Of a DNA stretch of 64,000 nucleotides, positions 14,537 to 27,215 are shown piece after piece (within the stretch, counting starts at the first letter, position 1; every line of letters begins with the position of its first letter). A model generated the notes under the pieces. The model was not told where the DNA came from. It saw only the letters and a program-made list of their open reading frames with translations, and made no database searches. The position numbers and the translations under genes were made by a program. Origin of the DNA: Antedon mediterranea (taxonomy: Eukaryota; Animalia; Echinodermata); NCBI RefSeq assembly GCF_964355755.1, contig NC_092679.1, positions 12,197,432-12,261,431 of the forward strand, written 5' to 3'.

Positions 14537-14809
14537 CAGGACTGTTTAAAGCACCTTGATTGGTCCTAACATTGATCAAGGGCTTCTCTCGTCCAGTGCC
14601 CACCTTGACCAGAGGTCTGAGGCAGATACTAGATGCAGGGGCTGCCATAAGAGTCAGCAATGCTGATTTCAAATGCCTAACGGGACCCCAGCTCCGTATA
14701 CAGCACCCGCTATTCCCAGATGGTCTCCCATCCAAGCTCTAACCAGGCCCAACGTTGCTTAACTTCGGTGATCTGACGAGAACCGGTGTTTCAACGTGGT
14801 AAAGCCGTT
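14537..14809 (-). mobile_element. 5S rRNA-derived SINE (SINE3-type), full-length copy
   Basis: The minus strand begins ACGGCTTTACCACGTTGAAACACCGGTTCTCGTCAGATCACCGAAGTTAAGC...GGATGGGAGACC...GGGAATA (5S-like head, about 14698-14809). A ~160 bp non-5S body follows and is shared with 39428-39704 and 8861-9005. Confidence 0.9.
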
Positions 14810-15363
14810 ACATTAAAGTGGCCATATTTAGCCATAAACTCTGGCTTGTTTTTACTGCAATATTGCTGTAATTTCTGTGTGCAAGGACTTATAATAGCAG
14901 GTACTGTATTTATATGATGAATTACTGCCAGTCATTGTGTGTTCATCCAATACTTTCCATTGTGACATACAAACTAGCTAGATCTTTGAAGTTTGATTAA
15001 CTATTCAATATATCTCGCATTAATTGTTACATCATCACGTTGAATTATTATATTCAGGTAAATGTTTACCCGCTAGTGGGTAAACATAAATCAGTCTAAT
15101 TACTTCGTGTCTGAATCATTAAAGAATGCAAGACAAACAGTCTACAGTATGTCTTCTATTAAATATGGTTTAATTGGCATCTTCAGAGATATATGACTTT
15201 ATTGGTTTGCAATTATTCAACTATATATTATCATCATTGCAAGTTAACTGTGTTTGCAAGGTTTGTTAATAATTGCACACCTAACTTTCTTTTTCAGGCA
15301 CATGACCTACAACATTTCTTTATATACAGTAGACCACTGACCCATTTAACAAAATTATATACA

Positions 15364-18291
15364 CTAGAGGGTGAGCTCGCTTCGCTCACTCCCCCTCTAG
15401 GAAGTGTAGACGATGGTTCTCGGAATGATAATGTTCTCCTTATACATTTTCTGTCGGTTACCATTATTGAAAATGCTTGACATTCGTAAAACTTTCACAG
15501 TGTTTTAGATGATTAATAAAATTTTAAAGTATAGTTTTTATTGTTTGGTAGGGCCCTTTGGGGAGGCGGAGGTCATTTGAGGGAGGTGCTTATTCGAGGG
15601 ATATTATGTTAAATTTTTAGTTTTAATAATATGGTAACATTTGTAATCAAATGAAATCCTCTAATACAGTAGATATGAAAAGTGGTAAAAAAGAATAACA
15701 AATGCTTGGTAAATTGTAGATAACAGTGCGGTGAATTCTACTACAAATAGTATAATTGTGTTATTATAAATATGTGGATGGACGTTTATTAGATAGTTGG
15801 GTTGGGGGGGGGGGGTTTATTATTCAAAGTGATGTTTTATTGGAGAGGCGTTTATTCAAATGAATACCATCCTAATAATTATTAATACATTATTTAATTT
15901 AATCATCTTTTGAAACTGCCGTAATAGAGTGGGCCCAAGAAAGAAGACATTACGGCTTGCAACATGGGCAGACATCTCGGTCCTAACGGGACACAGGAAG
16001 ATAGCTACAGTTATTCCTGCAAGCTTACTCAATAAAACTCAGCTATCGGGATTTCACTCGAAAAATGTCTTATCATCAAATCTCCCTATGTAATTTTATA
16101 ATACTATTCCCCACAATATATTCTGATTCTTTATGACGTATATTTAATTTGATCTTTATTAATTTGCAGTATAATTTAACTACCGTACCTTCACACACGC
16201 GTGGTGGTATGTTTTAAAATAAACAAAAAACTGAAATCCACTCCTACTATCTGATTTTTATTTCGTCTTCCAAAGGGACACTGTATTGATTGATGGAAAG
16301 TGCCTGTTTCCAGTCACCTTTAGGGTCAAATCTATTATTTTAACTGCTCCCTTGTGTTTAAAAGAGAGAAAATATTTGAAACCAGGTTGTTGCAAGGTGA
16401 ACTTATCTGAGGGTCTGTTTCTGCTGCATAACGCATTTTAACCGGTTATTTTAAAATAGATTAAAAATAGATAACAATAACAAGACCGCGTTTCTGCTCA
16501 ATTTGTGCTCCGAAATAACCGGTTAAATCTATGGGTGGTCGTCGAGCAAAACGTCATCATTACCCAAAATGCAATACACTCAGACGGAAGTAGTAAGTTG
16601 GCTGTTTGTTTACATCGACGTCAGTACACGGTAGTACACACGTGTGTGATATCGCCATCTTAAACATGTTAACATAATAAAATGTTGTCTCCAGGTCTAC
16701 AAGTTTTGTTTTTTGTAAAGCCTACTTACCATCGGTAATAAAATTAATTCTCATGGCGCCTTCAATAACATGGGGAGGGTCGTGCAGCGCCCGATCGCCT
16801 AGGATAATTTTTATCTAGCCTAATTCCTCAACAAAGGCGATATGACACACGGCCCTTCCCACGTGAACGACTGTTGTCTTTCGCGAGCGCGGTCCTACAA
16901 AAAACTAAACGGAAACAAAAACGAGACTTAGAATGTTGCAATACCTACCAAACGAGAGTAGATAATTGTTAATTAATTATGAAACCCTACCTTTTATAGC
17001 AAAAATCGTCCGAATTTATGTTAAAAACGACGAGTTTAGCCACAAAAACTTAATCAAACGAGAGTATCCAAGTCATAGAATATCGCACGCACATAGTGCC
17101 TTTAATAGAATAATGAGTATTAAACATTGTTTCGTATATTTATGTACTAACATAAATAATAACACATTTCTATGCTTAATAAAATCATATTTAATATATT
17201 ATCAAAGGCTCTTATAACCTTTGTTTTCGGTCGATATGATGTTTTTCTAAAAAATTATATGTAAAACGATCAAAGTAAGATTGTTCATTGTTCTCGTATT
17301 AAAGGCACTAAGGGCGTGCCATAAATACGCTCATTTGGATTAAGTTTTTGTTGCTAAATTCATTGTTTATAACATAAATTCGGATGATTTTTGCTATAAA
17401 ATGTGGGTTTTCATAATTAATTAACCATTATCTACTCTCGTTTGGTAGGTATTTGCAACATTCTGAGTCCCTTTTGTTTCCGTTTTGGTGTTTATATAGG
17501 ACCATCCATACCCTTCGCGAGCGTGTACTAACGCCTCAAATTGCTTAGCTTGGGTAGTCCCTGGAACTCCACCCCAAATTCCTCTTTTACTTTCGCAAAA
17601 ATGCTCTTATTTATTATTTGTGATTCTTTTCTATTGCCTGCCATCCTTCCCCGTACTTTCTCTCCCCCCACAACTGAATAACATATCTTGTGATTTCATT
17701 CATCCACATGTTCACTTCTTCGTTTGACTGTCAAAACCACGAGGAAAACACACATCGTATGCGACGGTATCTGACCCGGGGTCACAACTGTCAATCAAAT
17801 AACAGTTATTTCGTGTTGCAGCTAAGAATTGCTCAGCGATAACCGGTTAAACAGCGTTCTAACACCGATTTAAATTGGTGTTTTTAACCGGTTATTTTGC
17901 GCTGCCTTTTAACCGGTTACCACAAATTTGTCCTGTTTCTGCTGCCAAGAAAATGGAGTTAATTTATTCACACCGATTTTAATTTATTCACACCGATTGT
18001 AACCGGTTATTTTGTATGCAGCAGAAACAGGCCCTTAAACCCGGAAATTACTTTCACTGGGAAGAATTGAAATCTAATGTTGAAATCATAAATGTTGTTA
18101 AAAAACTCTTTATAATATCTTCCTAAGATATAAATATGGAACAATAGCGTCGGCGTGAACACTAATGTTATCAAATCTACGTTTCGCGGTACATCTCGGA
18201 TAGATAAGGTAGGTATCCAAGGCGGAGATTTGTACCGAAGTTTTTGCATTGTGCTCGCCAATGTCAGAATTAACCATAATTTATATATAGA
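15364..18291 (-). mobile_element. Non-autonomous Helitron, family 1, interrupted by a nested TIR element
   Basis: Reverse complement of 43089-44410 in two parts (15364-16410 and 18035-18291). TC...CTAG termini are intact. Confidence 0.9.
16411..18034. mobile_element. Non-autonomous PIF/Harbinger-like TIR element nested in a Helitron
   Basis: TIRs GGG(T/C)CTGTTTCTGCTGCATA, flanked by TGA / TTA where the uninterrupted Helitron copies have a single TTA (3-bp TSD, one mismatch). Repeated subterminal AACCGGTT palindromes. Confidence 0.82.
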
Positions 18292-18421
18292 TACTAGTAT
18301 ATATAAATCTAAAGGCAAATTACTGAAAAAATGACAATGCTGTGGGTATCAGTGGCTGGATCTCAATGGAGATACAAAAAAATAGCTAATTCAAAACGAT
18401 AAATTAAAACAGCCAGAAAAG

Positions 18422-18463
18422 TTAGCAGAGCTTTCGGGCAACACTAGCCCTTCATCAGTGCAA
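18422..18463 (-). ncRNA. Minimal type I hammerhead ribozyme motif (Penelope/retrozyme-type)
   Basis: Minus strand TTGCA-CTGATGA-A-GGGC-TAGTGTT-GCCC-GAA-AGCT-C-TGC: complete core, 4-bp stem II, palindromic short stem III and stem I GCA/TGC. Confidence 0.72.
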
Positions 18464-18699
18464 GTATACTAGTATATATATATACTATATTATTGCTTAT
18501 CAAAGTTATTAAGTTTTGTTACAGTATACCCTTCTAGCAAAAGATATTTTTAATAATTTTTTATTGTCATTTAAAAAAATTTATTTTACAAAATTTCATA
18601 CGCATCCAACATTCATACTGTACACGAGCAACTCGCCAATTACAAGATTACAAGATGGATAAACTATTTGATAATTTATCGTACAAATAAAAAGTAATG

Positions 18700-18832
18700 T
18701 AAGTCTCATTTGAGGCTTAGGGAGTGGAATTGAAAGAGTCGTGAGTTTAAACCCTGGCAGTAGGCCATGATTGAACCCTAGACATTGGGATTGGAAGGCA
18801 AGCATGTTAACCACCAAGCTACAGCGCCGCTC
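18700..18832 (-). mobile_element. tRNA-derived SINE head (degenerate)
   Basis: Minus strand GCGCTGTAGCTTGGTGGTTAACATGCTTGCCTTCCAATCC...GGGTTCAATC contains A and B boxes. Confidence 0.6.
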
Positions 18833-19090
18833 CACTACTACCTTGCACATGAAGGAAGATTTTCTCATAAGCCCTTTGTTTGTGTTTATTGTAATGCAAT
18901 AAATATTGGAACATGCAAATATTAGTAATAATATCCACCCAGTGAATCTGTCAATAATTCCTAAGTGGCTTCATGTTTAATAGCTGTTTCTGAGTTAATA
19001 TTGTTTGAATTGGTATCAAAGTGCATAATTGAGACAAGAAAGGGCACAGGGTTCATTATGAGTGTTTTTTGAGAACATTAACAAACTTAA

Positions 19091-19219
19091 AGCTCTGTCT
19101 ACACTATCAAAAAAAGTATGATGTGCCCAATGTGTTAGTGATATGATATCATTGTGTCCATATACTGTATGGGCACATCACATTCTTTGGTCACAAAGTT
19201 TGATAGAGTAGACAGAGCC
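19091..19219. mobile_element. Small Harbinger/Tourist-like MITE
   Basis: TAA|AGCTCTGTCTACACTATCAAA...TTTGATAGAGTAGACAGAGCC|TAA. Related copies at about 318-424, 28670-28838 and 62525-62648. Confidence 0.8.
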
Positions 19220-21623
19220 TAATAACAAATGTAGTGAGCATTATGGGACAAAGTTATTTGAATCTGACAGGTATGCAAAGACTTTGAGACCTGTCTGTTT
19301 CAAAGCAAGATTTTATTTCCATTATCTTTTGGATTAAGTTACTGTATGGTACATATAAAGTATAGTTTAAAAAAGAGTGTCTTCTTTCCTTGGCTCCGTA
19401 TAATCTAACTTTAATTTCCTCACTTTCCAGTTAACTCAAAACCATTTTATAATTTATACATGCTTTTAATTGTGATGGTTGTGATGAGTAAGAGTAATGA
19501 TTTCCAGCCATCAAACGGCGTATCACGGTAAAAGACTTTAAATAATGAATTAATTGTTGTGAACAGTATAAAGGGTTGTGGCAAGGGCCTTACTATACTT
19601 GTGTTTGAAGCGATCTAGAGAACAGGGAAGCCCATATCAAAATGTATTGTTATATACATTTGGGAACACTTTCCTGTGAAACTACAAGGGGCCATGTATA
19701 ATATTTAACACTACAGTCAACCCCTAATAATAGTTGACTATTCTTGCAAGTTGTCTACTTAGCCAACATGTACAGCCTTTCCTAAAGCTTGACATTACTT
19801 TCTGGCTGTTGATTTTAGTTATTCTTGCTTATTTACTGTGTAAAGCATTATTGTTTAATTTAAATTTAAGTGATCCTATTTCAAGAAGTGTTTTGTTTTC
19901 CAAATTTTTTCTTACCACAGAAAAGAGTTTATGGTTCATTAAATATAGTTACAGTATATCGATTACACTTGCACAACACAATTTTTTCAGTAATTTGTCT
20001 TTTTATATAATAATTTAAGTTGTAATACTTTATCAACAATAAGGACCTGGAGTAGTAAGAATTTCAGCTTCATATGTAGACTGATTTCAATCCAAAAAAT
20101 GAAATGTTGGTACTTTAATCTAACAAACTTTATACTGTACATTATAAGGTTCATGATTAAAGCTTAAAAATATTTAAAAGTATAATATTTTAAGAATAAG
20201 AATCAACTTTATCTTTTAATTGTGTATCTGTTTGTTTTATATATGTGGTTGGTTGCATGACATTTTTCATTTTACACACCTTCACTTTGATAAATTAAGC
20301 ATGATAATTGCATGAAAACACATGAAAGCTGTTATGTTGTTTGGTGTTTCTTCATTGAAAGCGGCCTACTTTTTATTGTTGTGGCATCTTGGAACATTTT
20401 CATTCTACTGTTTTGTCCAACCTGGTGAAAGAACGTCATTGTATTGCTAATCTTTAATGTCTTCCAAAAACAGGTAAGGTAAACATTCTATTTATAATTT
20501 ATATTGTAGTATTTATTAGTATCTTCAGACTTTGCCATTGTTAAAATGAAACAGACCACAGTGTTATGGTGTGACAGCATAGGGTGCGACAAATTTTGTG
20601 TCTGAGTAGTCACAGCTTTCACAAATTTCGGTGTACAAGATTAGTGTAGGACAATGATGTAATTCAGTGTCTTATTTTAATTTAGTACCTTATTCTAATT
20701 CAGCGTTTTGCGCTAATTAAAAATCTCGTGCTAATTCATAGTCTTCCAATACTTTAAAATCTTGCTATATCAAACTTGCTCTATATCAGCGTTTTGCGAT
20801 GAGCAATTTTACTACGCAGGTTTCAAAGGCTTTCAGAAAAGCACAGCCAGCTTTGGCATTCCAAATCAAGAGGAAAGTAGATGGATATTCATTGTGATCA
20901 CTATACAAGTGTTGTTACTCTGCAGCTTAACACTATATTTTTATTAGAATTTGATCATGCATAACGTCATACGCTAATATACCATAACTGTGGTATGAAC
21001 AAACTATCTTGTACACTAAATTTCTTCCGCATTAAAATGTTGAATGAAATAATTATTTCAATAAATTTTATCCAAAAATACCTTTTGGTGATTTGCAAGT
21101 CTGAACATCTAATTTGTATTTTTTTGAAAAATACCATTGTACCTCCCCTAATAATCAGATACCCTGTTGTGTGCGAAAAAAAATGTCAGCTTTACTGAAG
21201 GCTGCCGCTTAAATTATTAAAAAGGTTTAGCCTTTTAAATGAGAATTATGGAAGCTGTCCACTAAATACAAGAGATTTTCAACCAGTTGTCATATCTATG
21301 ACAACATTCACTTCTATTCTATTTGGGATTCTAGTTAATATTGTCGTTGGTATTATTCAATCTTTAATTTTGGAATTTATTTTTGGTCAATAGAAAATAA
21401 CTTATTAATATTAACAACAAATTGACTATTAGTACAATATTACATTCTCTCAACTTATACATTTACTGGTGAAGATTACATACCGGTATGCATGATATTA
21501 TATACCCTTGTTATAGTCAAAACTAAAATCGTGAATAACAAAAGCATAGGCCTATATGCTTTATTAATTTATTACCCATGTGCATCCAAAATACATTAAT
21601 GTTTTCCTTTTATTTGTTTGCAG

Positions 21624-22282
21624 GTTATGGCCATGGATCTCCAAAAACTGAAGAGGGTCAAATTATCTGCGTTTTGTATGCTTTAATTGGCATTCCATTC
21701 ACCGGCTGGTTGTTGAGCGTAGTTGGCGATTTCTATCACAGTAGATTTCATGTCATATGGTCATTTCTCGAACGGGTTATTCGTAAACATCTTTCAAAAC
21801 ACTTATGTCGGCCATGCGCAGTTGTTATAATACTGTTGGCTTGCTATTTCTTCTTGTTGATCATTCCTGCATTTGTTTTTATGTTTCTTGAAGGATGGAG
21901 TTTTCATATAGCTCATTATTATTCATTTATTACTCTTACAACTATTGGTTTTGGTGATTATGTCGCTGCAACAGCAGAAGTCTTAAATGAAGAATGGAAG
22001 GAAATGCTTTATGAAATATGCCTTGTTATTTGGTATACATTTGGTCTTGGATATTTATCGATTATTATCACAGGAATCGGTAGAAAAGAAAAGAAAATTG
22101 CGAGAAAGATAGGATTAGAAATCAAACAAAGGTCACAGAAAATTGATTTACAATTGGATGAATTACGAAAAAGAAGAACAATGAGAAAAGGAAAGGATAA
22201 ACCTGTTGAAGTTTATAAATGTGAAGAGAATGATAATACGATATTTACCATGAGTGGTCAGAGTGGAAACATGGTGTTGTAG
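21624..22282 (+). CDS. K2P channel 3' module A (single exon): P1 filter end, M2, M3, P2, M4, C-tail; 329 aa when joined to exon 9417-9747
   Basis: Acceptor tttgtttgcag|GT TAT GGC completes TIGYG. It continues YALIGIP, EGWSF, FITLTTIGFGDYV, WYTFGL and ends at TAG 22280-22282. Confidence 0.95.
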
Positions 22283-23157
22283 TATTCATTGATGCTTACA
22301 AGGTTTATTGATTGCCTTCACTGAACGAGAAAAAAAGTGATATATTTGCTGTGCCTTACTACTGATTATAGTTTTTTCTTATTTTTAAAGATGTCGTATT
22401 ATTCGTCAAATGTAAATCAAAACTTAAAAGAGCCATTATTTTAGTTTTAATAAGAAATAAACACAAATAATGATTTCACTTTAAAGGAAAAAATAAAATA
22501 TACTCTGAAAAATTGATTGAAATTGATCTCAAGATAATTGATGGACAAACTAATGCTAAGGAAAGAATAAATAATAAATTCAGACAAAATAAGTAAGATT
22601 ATATTGCATGATAATGCATATAACAATGCCACTATTATGCCACTACTATGTCACTATTGTGTCAAAATGCAATGTCATAATTATGTCACAATGCAATCTT
22701 ACTATTTGAATGCAGATAATAAAACATTAGAAAATGTTTTTTTTTTACATTTTAACACATTGTTCTTTTGATATTGCTTTCTTTTTTTAAACTGCATATA
22801 ACTATAGCAATGAATATACTATTTCATAATGCATTATTTGTTGAATGGCATGTGTTGAACTATACCACCAATATAATACTGTTAACCCACTTTGAAATAT
22901 TTATTACGCTTCACTACCTATAACCCATATTACACTTATTATATTTTACCACCTAATATGTTGCTTTTGCACATTATTTTACTAGCTATGAAGGTCTTGC
23001 TTTGTACGTAAGTTCAATAGGCCTAAATGAAGATAGTGAATACCAGTTCAATTCTATGTGATACAGATTTGGATTTTGATTTTACCTATGAATTGGAACT
23101 TAATTCAATTCAACTTATCGGCAGTGATAGGAGCTTTACCAAAAATCAATCTGAACA

Positions 23158-23287
23158 AAGATAGTTAACATACACTACAAACTACCAAACACCAAGGGTT
23201 CAGATAGTTAGCATACACTACAAACTACCAGACACCAAGGGTTCAGATAGTTAGCATACACTACAAACTACCAGACACCAAGGGTTC
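23158..23287. repeat. 43-bp tandem repeat, 3 copies
   Basis: Unit AGATAGTTAGCATACACTACAAACTACCAGACACCAAGGGTTC. Confidence 0.9.
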
Positions 23288-25715
23288 TTAGGTACCGTTG
23301 GTATCTGTAATCACGACGGAAAATTATGGATGTGCCGAGAGAATTATGTTTTGGCCTAAAATTATAGACAATAATTATAGAATCAATCTATGCACAGAAT
23401 GAATGTTTGACGTGATGCATAAAAAACTATTAAAATTATAGAAAGTTGAAAACTTAAGTTTAAAATGTAACCTATGACATTGATTACTGAAACAGGTTGG
23501 GGGGATTTTCGTATCATCGGGGACAGAAGGTTTTTTCCTAGTTTGTTTGTGGGAGCAGAAAGTACTCCAGGCCCTACATACATACACAAAACTCAAACCC
23601 ATGTTCCACAAACTATGGGGTACAAGATTGATATAATCAATCTATCTGCAAATCAATTGTGTGGGGTGTTTCATACATTAATTTCAGTTTTTTGGTTTTT
23701 TTTTTTCACCAGCCTTTGATGTTTGTAATCCATGGACCTATATTTATATAAACCTCTATGTACTGGAATATTAAATATCCATTATATTCTCTACTTAAAA
23801 TCAACAGATTTCCAGTCTGCATAATAATAATTTTCCTGATTGTTTTATTTTGGTAATCTGTGATGATAAAATGATGGTATTAAATGCAGAGTGTCATATG
23901 ACATCATAACATGATAGATCATTTGTTGTCGTTTTAAAACATATTAATATTCCATATTTGTATGGTAATATGATGCTGGCTTACCATAGTATACAGTACA
24001 CGTTGATTGACTAAAAGTGCAATGTTGATGGAAATTATATTGGTAAGATTTTAGGAAATCTAAAATAAAGGTCACAGTATCAATTTTAATTGCTGGTAGA
24101 AAGTAGAGTTGTAGTTGGTAGTATTAAGATGCTTGACTATCACTGATCCTAGGGTCCTTATCCTATGGTTTGGGTTCAAATCCTGTGAGGATTTTTCATC
24201 TATGGTTATGAAATGTTAACCTAATGCTCAAATCTCATCTATAGCTCTTTTATTATTACTTGAGCCATTGGATAAACACATAGACAGCTCCCAGTAATTG
24301 TGTTTGACCATACAGGTATCCATTTACACCTGAGTAAAGAATTGACAATACACCTAAATTGAGGATTTACAGTAAACAAAAACTTAAATCAAATGGTTAA
24401 TGCTTAAGCAATATAGTGTATAGTACAAGGTTAATTATTAATTACAAATTAAATTTATAGAATATTAAATACTATGATTATTTTTAAAATTACCCCTCCT
24501 TTTGCACACCTCACAATTCCCAGTGAAATGAACAACAGCAAATATATTTATAAAAACAAAATCAGCAAGAACAACAAAGTCTTAATAGCTTCTTTCCACT
24601 CACACCATTACAGAACATCTGTGTTGGTGCCGTGGTGTGGGTAAACCCCGGCATTATAGTGGTTACGCGACAGAAATTAAAATACAGGCTGTGACCATAA
24701 TTTTAATGTGAAATCTTGTTTGATGAGTGTCTATTTCTTGCGTTTCTTGACTGGCTAATCCATGATTTCTATAATGGATGGTCCTAGGTTGGAAAACGGT
24801 TGAATGAACCTAATAATATGTCTGTTCTTTTGCATTATAATTCATTTTTATTGATCATTGGAATACTCTATTTAATCTATCTTTTACACATGAAAGCATT
24901 CGATGAGCAAATATTTATCTGTTTCATTTCAACTCTATTGAAGGTTCATTTTCCTGGTGTATATTAAAGTCAATGACAGTTGCTATAGATACAATTAGAT
25001 ATAATTTATATGTCAGCAAATCTGTTTTATAATTAATTTGAAGCATAATTAAGTAGAAAGGACTACCTTCCTTTTATTAATCCAGGATATGACTGATTAA
25101 ATTATATCACGTTTCTATACTTGTGACCATGGATCTATGAATTCATTTTATATGTCCATTTTCTGAAGTGTGGCGGCAGCTTTGTGTTTGAGAGATGACA
25201 ATACATTATTTGATGATAATTTTGAGGTTGAATTTTAATAGCAAATAGTGTATAAATTTAGTTAATTATTGAAATAATACATAATTACAGCACACCATTT
25301 AAACTTCATATCTTTAGTATAAATAATACATTCTATATAACCTTTTTAACTTGAATTATAAGAGTTTTAACTCTTAAGTGTAACTAATTTGTAACTTATT
25401 CAAAAGCCATAGTGTAAAAATAAATGGTTATCTGTGTACCATCGGGATGGTCAAACGAAGGAGACAGTAATTAACAGAGCATGACTGTTCATTCAAGACA
25501 GAAGACATAGACATAATGTAGTCTAGACTTTCTACAGGCAGACTTGATGTGAAGTTTCTGCATTAGCAAGCCTACAGTAGTCTTCAAAATGGATGAACAA
25601 AAAAAACACCTAATCAAAACCTTAAAAGGGGCTTACATGGATTACTAAACGGCCATTTTTATTATTGAAAAGTTTCAAAATGATGTCATAAACTTTGCTC
25701 CGTCTATCGGACCTA

Positions 25716-26234
25716 AAGTGTGGTTCCCACCATTGGGGCAACGTAATGCAACACACGCAATGTAACAAAATGCCCTTCCAATAATTGTGTTTGCCCCCGC
25801 CTGCGTTAAAGCGAACCTGCTTGTTGCTGGTCAACGTTAGCATGCCGTTGACCTTGACCTGTACTAGTTTTCCAGTGTTCTTTTGTCTTGCGTTGTTGCG
25901 TGAAATCAAACTTCCTGTGGCTATGTTTGCAGCACTATTATGTCGTCGGTTCCCACTTGTGATTATGCAATATAGCACTTTGCGTTGATACATCGCTGTC
26001 TTGTGTTGCGTTCTAGTGGGAACGCGTGGTTCCCACTTGAACTCAATGTCGCAGTGACGTATCGACGCAAAGTTCTGTATTGCGTAATCACAAGTGGGAA
26101 CCGACAACGCAACAGTGCTGTAAAAATCACAAGTTTGATTTCACGCAGGTGGGGGCAAACACAATTTAAAAAAATGGAATTTTCTCACGTTGCATAGGTT
26201 ACTTTACGTTGCGTCGCTAGTGAGAACCAAGCTT
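25716..26234. mobile_element. Palindromic Harbinger-like MITE
   Basis: Degenerate termini TGGTTCCCAC / GTGAGAACCAAGCT. An internal ~250-bp hairpin is centred on AGTGGGAAC-GCGTG-GTTCCCACT (about 26015-26037). Confidence 0.65.
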
Positions 26235-26983
26235 AAGTGAACGCAGTGTACTGGGCTTATACACATCCACAGATTAGTATTTTGTATAAACTACCATCTC
26301 CTTTCGTTTACCATCCCGATGCAATTAGGCTCTCTAATGGGTGCACATAAGGTAAGTTACGCAGCCAAATTGTAATTTGAGACATTCATTTATCGCATAC
26401 ATCCAGATCAGTCCCTGTTTTTAAGCACATTTGAAAGGTTACAACACAGTCTCGAAAAGACTGGCGTGTGCCCTGCAAATTTGCTGGCTTCCGAAACCTT
26501 GTTACAACCGCTAAAATAGACAATGCTAGATAATGTAACAACCATTAATGTAGAACTACCGCTTTATTTAGTAAATCTGAAAGCAACAACATGCGATTGT
26601 GAGGCAATCATTATAATAAGTGTTGACCATGTTACATTAGAATTGATTTATTACATAAGCAGTTGGTGTTTGTACATTAGCTTCATGTTTTACTCCATAA
26701 GCGGTGGATTGGTTTACATTTATGGTTTCAGCTTTATTACTTGGTGTTTTTTACTTCAGTGGCTGTAACAAGCCCTGCTAAATCCAGACTTACAGCAATT
26801 AAAAAATAGTTTATAGGAATGATGTAGTTATCTAGCGACATACCCGGAACGTCAAGTTTCGTAAACACACCCTGACCAGTCTATGACAGGTGATACGCCC
26901 CTGTTTTTTCATTTGAAAGACTGTTATGATTCTTACATAGTAAGCTAACAAACTGATAAATTGCACATAATATATCAAATTCA

Positions 26984-27215
26984 GAGTTGGATAGCCGAGT
27001 GGTTAGGACACTTGACTGTCATACAGATATACCCGGGTTCAATTCCCGACAACTCCCTGTCCACTCAGCTGTAAATGAGTACCTAGTTGAAAATACTAAG
27101 GAGAAAAAAAAAAGACGTGGAAAGGAACTGGCCACCCTACCACATAATGCCGAGGCTTAGTACAATGAGCTCCTAACAGCTCATTCCCCTACATTCTGAA
27201 TGAATACAGGACTCA
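26984..27215 (+). mobile_element. tRNA-derived SINE with a conserved central domain
   Basis: A box TAGCCGAGTGG, B box GGTTCAATTCC, GAGTTG/CAACTC acceptor-like stem, then CCACTCAGCTGTAAATGAGTACC...GGAACTGGCCACCCTACC typical of core-bearing SINEs. Confidence 0.82.

Noticed and set aside
14493-14742. Repeated short ORFs (MDGRPSGN..., MVLTLIKGFS...; also MGRHLGPNG... and ...PTLSIRDV... elsewhere) suggesting a small protein family
   Set aside because: They recur only because they lie inside SINE and Helitron copies; there are no protein motifs.
14698-14809. Functional 5S rRNA gene (also 39593-39704)
   Set aside because: The termini do not form helix I, there is no oligo-T terminator, and both copies are fused to the same non-5S body. 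Better explained as a SINE head.
25622-26197. 161-aa and overlapping ORFs
   Set aside because: They fall within a palindromic MITE and have no protein motifs.
26523-26768. Hydrophobic 81-aa ORF as a possible M1 exon for module B
   Set aside because: It lacks the Y-x3-G-x3-F-x2-LE M1 signature and the cap/P1 motifs, and has no suitable donor.
26984-27056. tRNA-Asp(GTC) gene
   Set aside because: The anticodon stem does not pair (CTTGA vs ACAGA), and the sequence continues into a SINE core.
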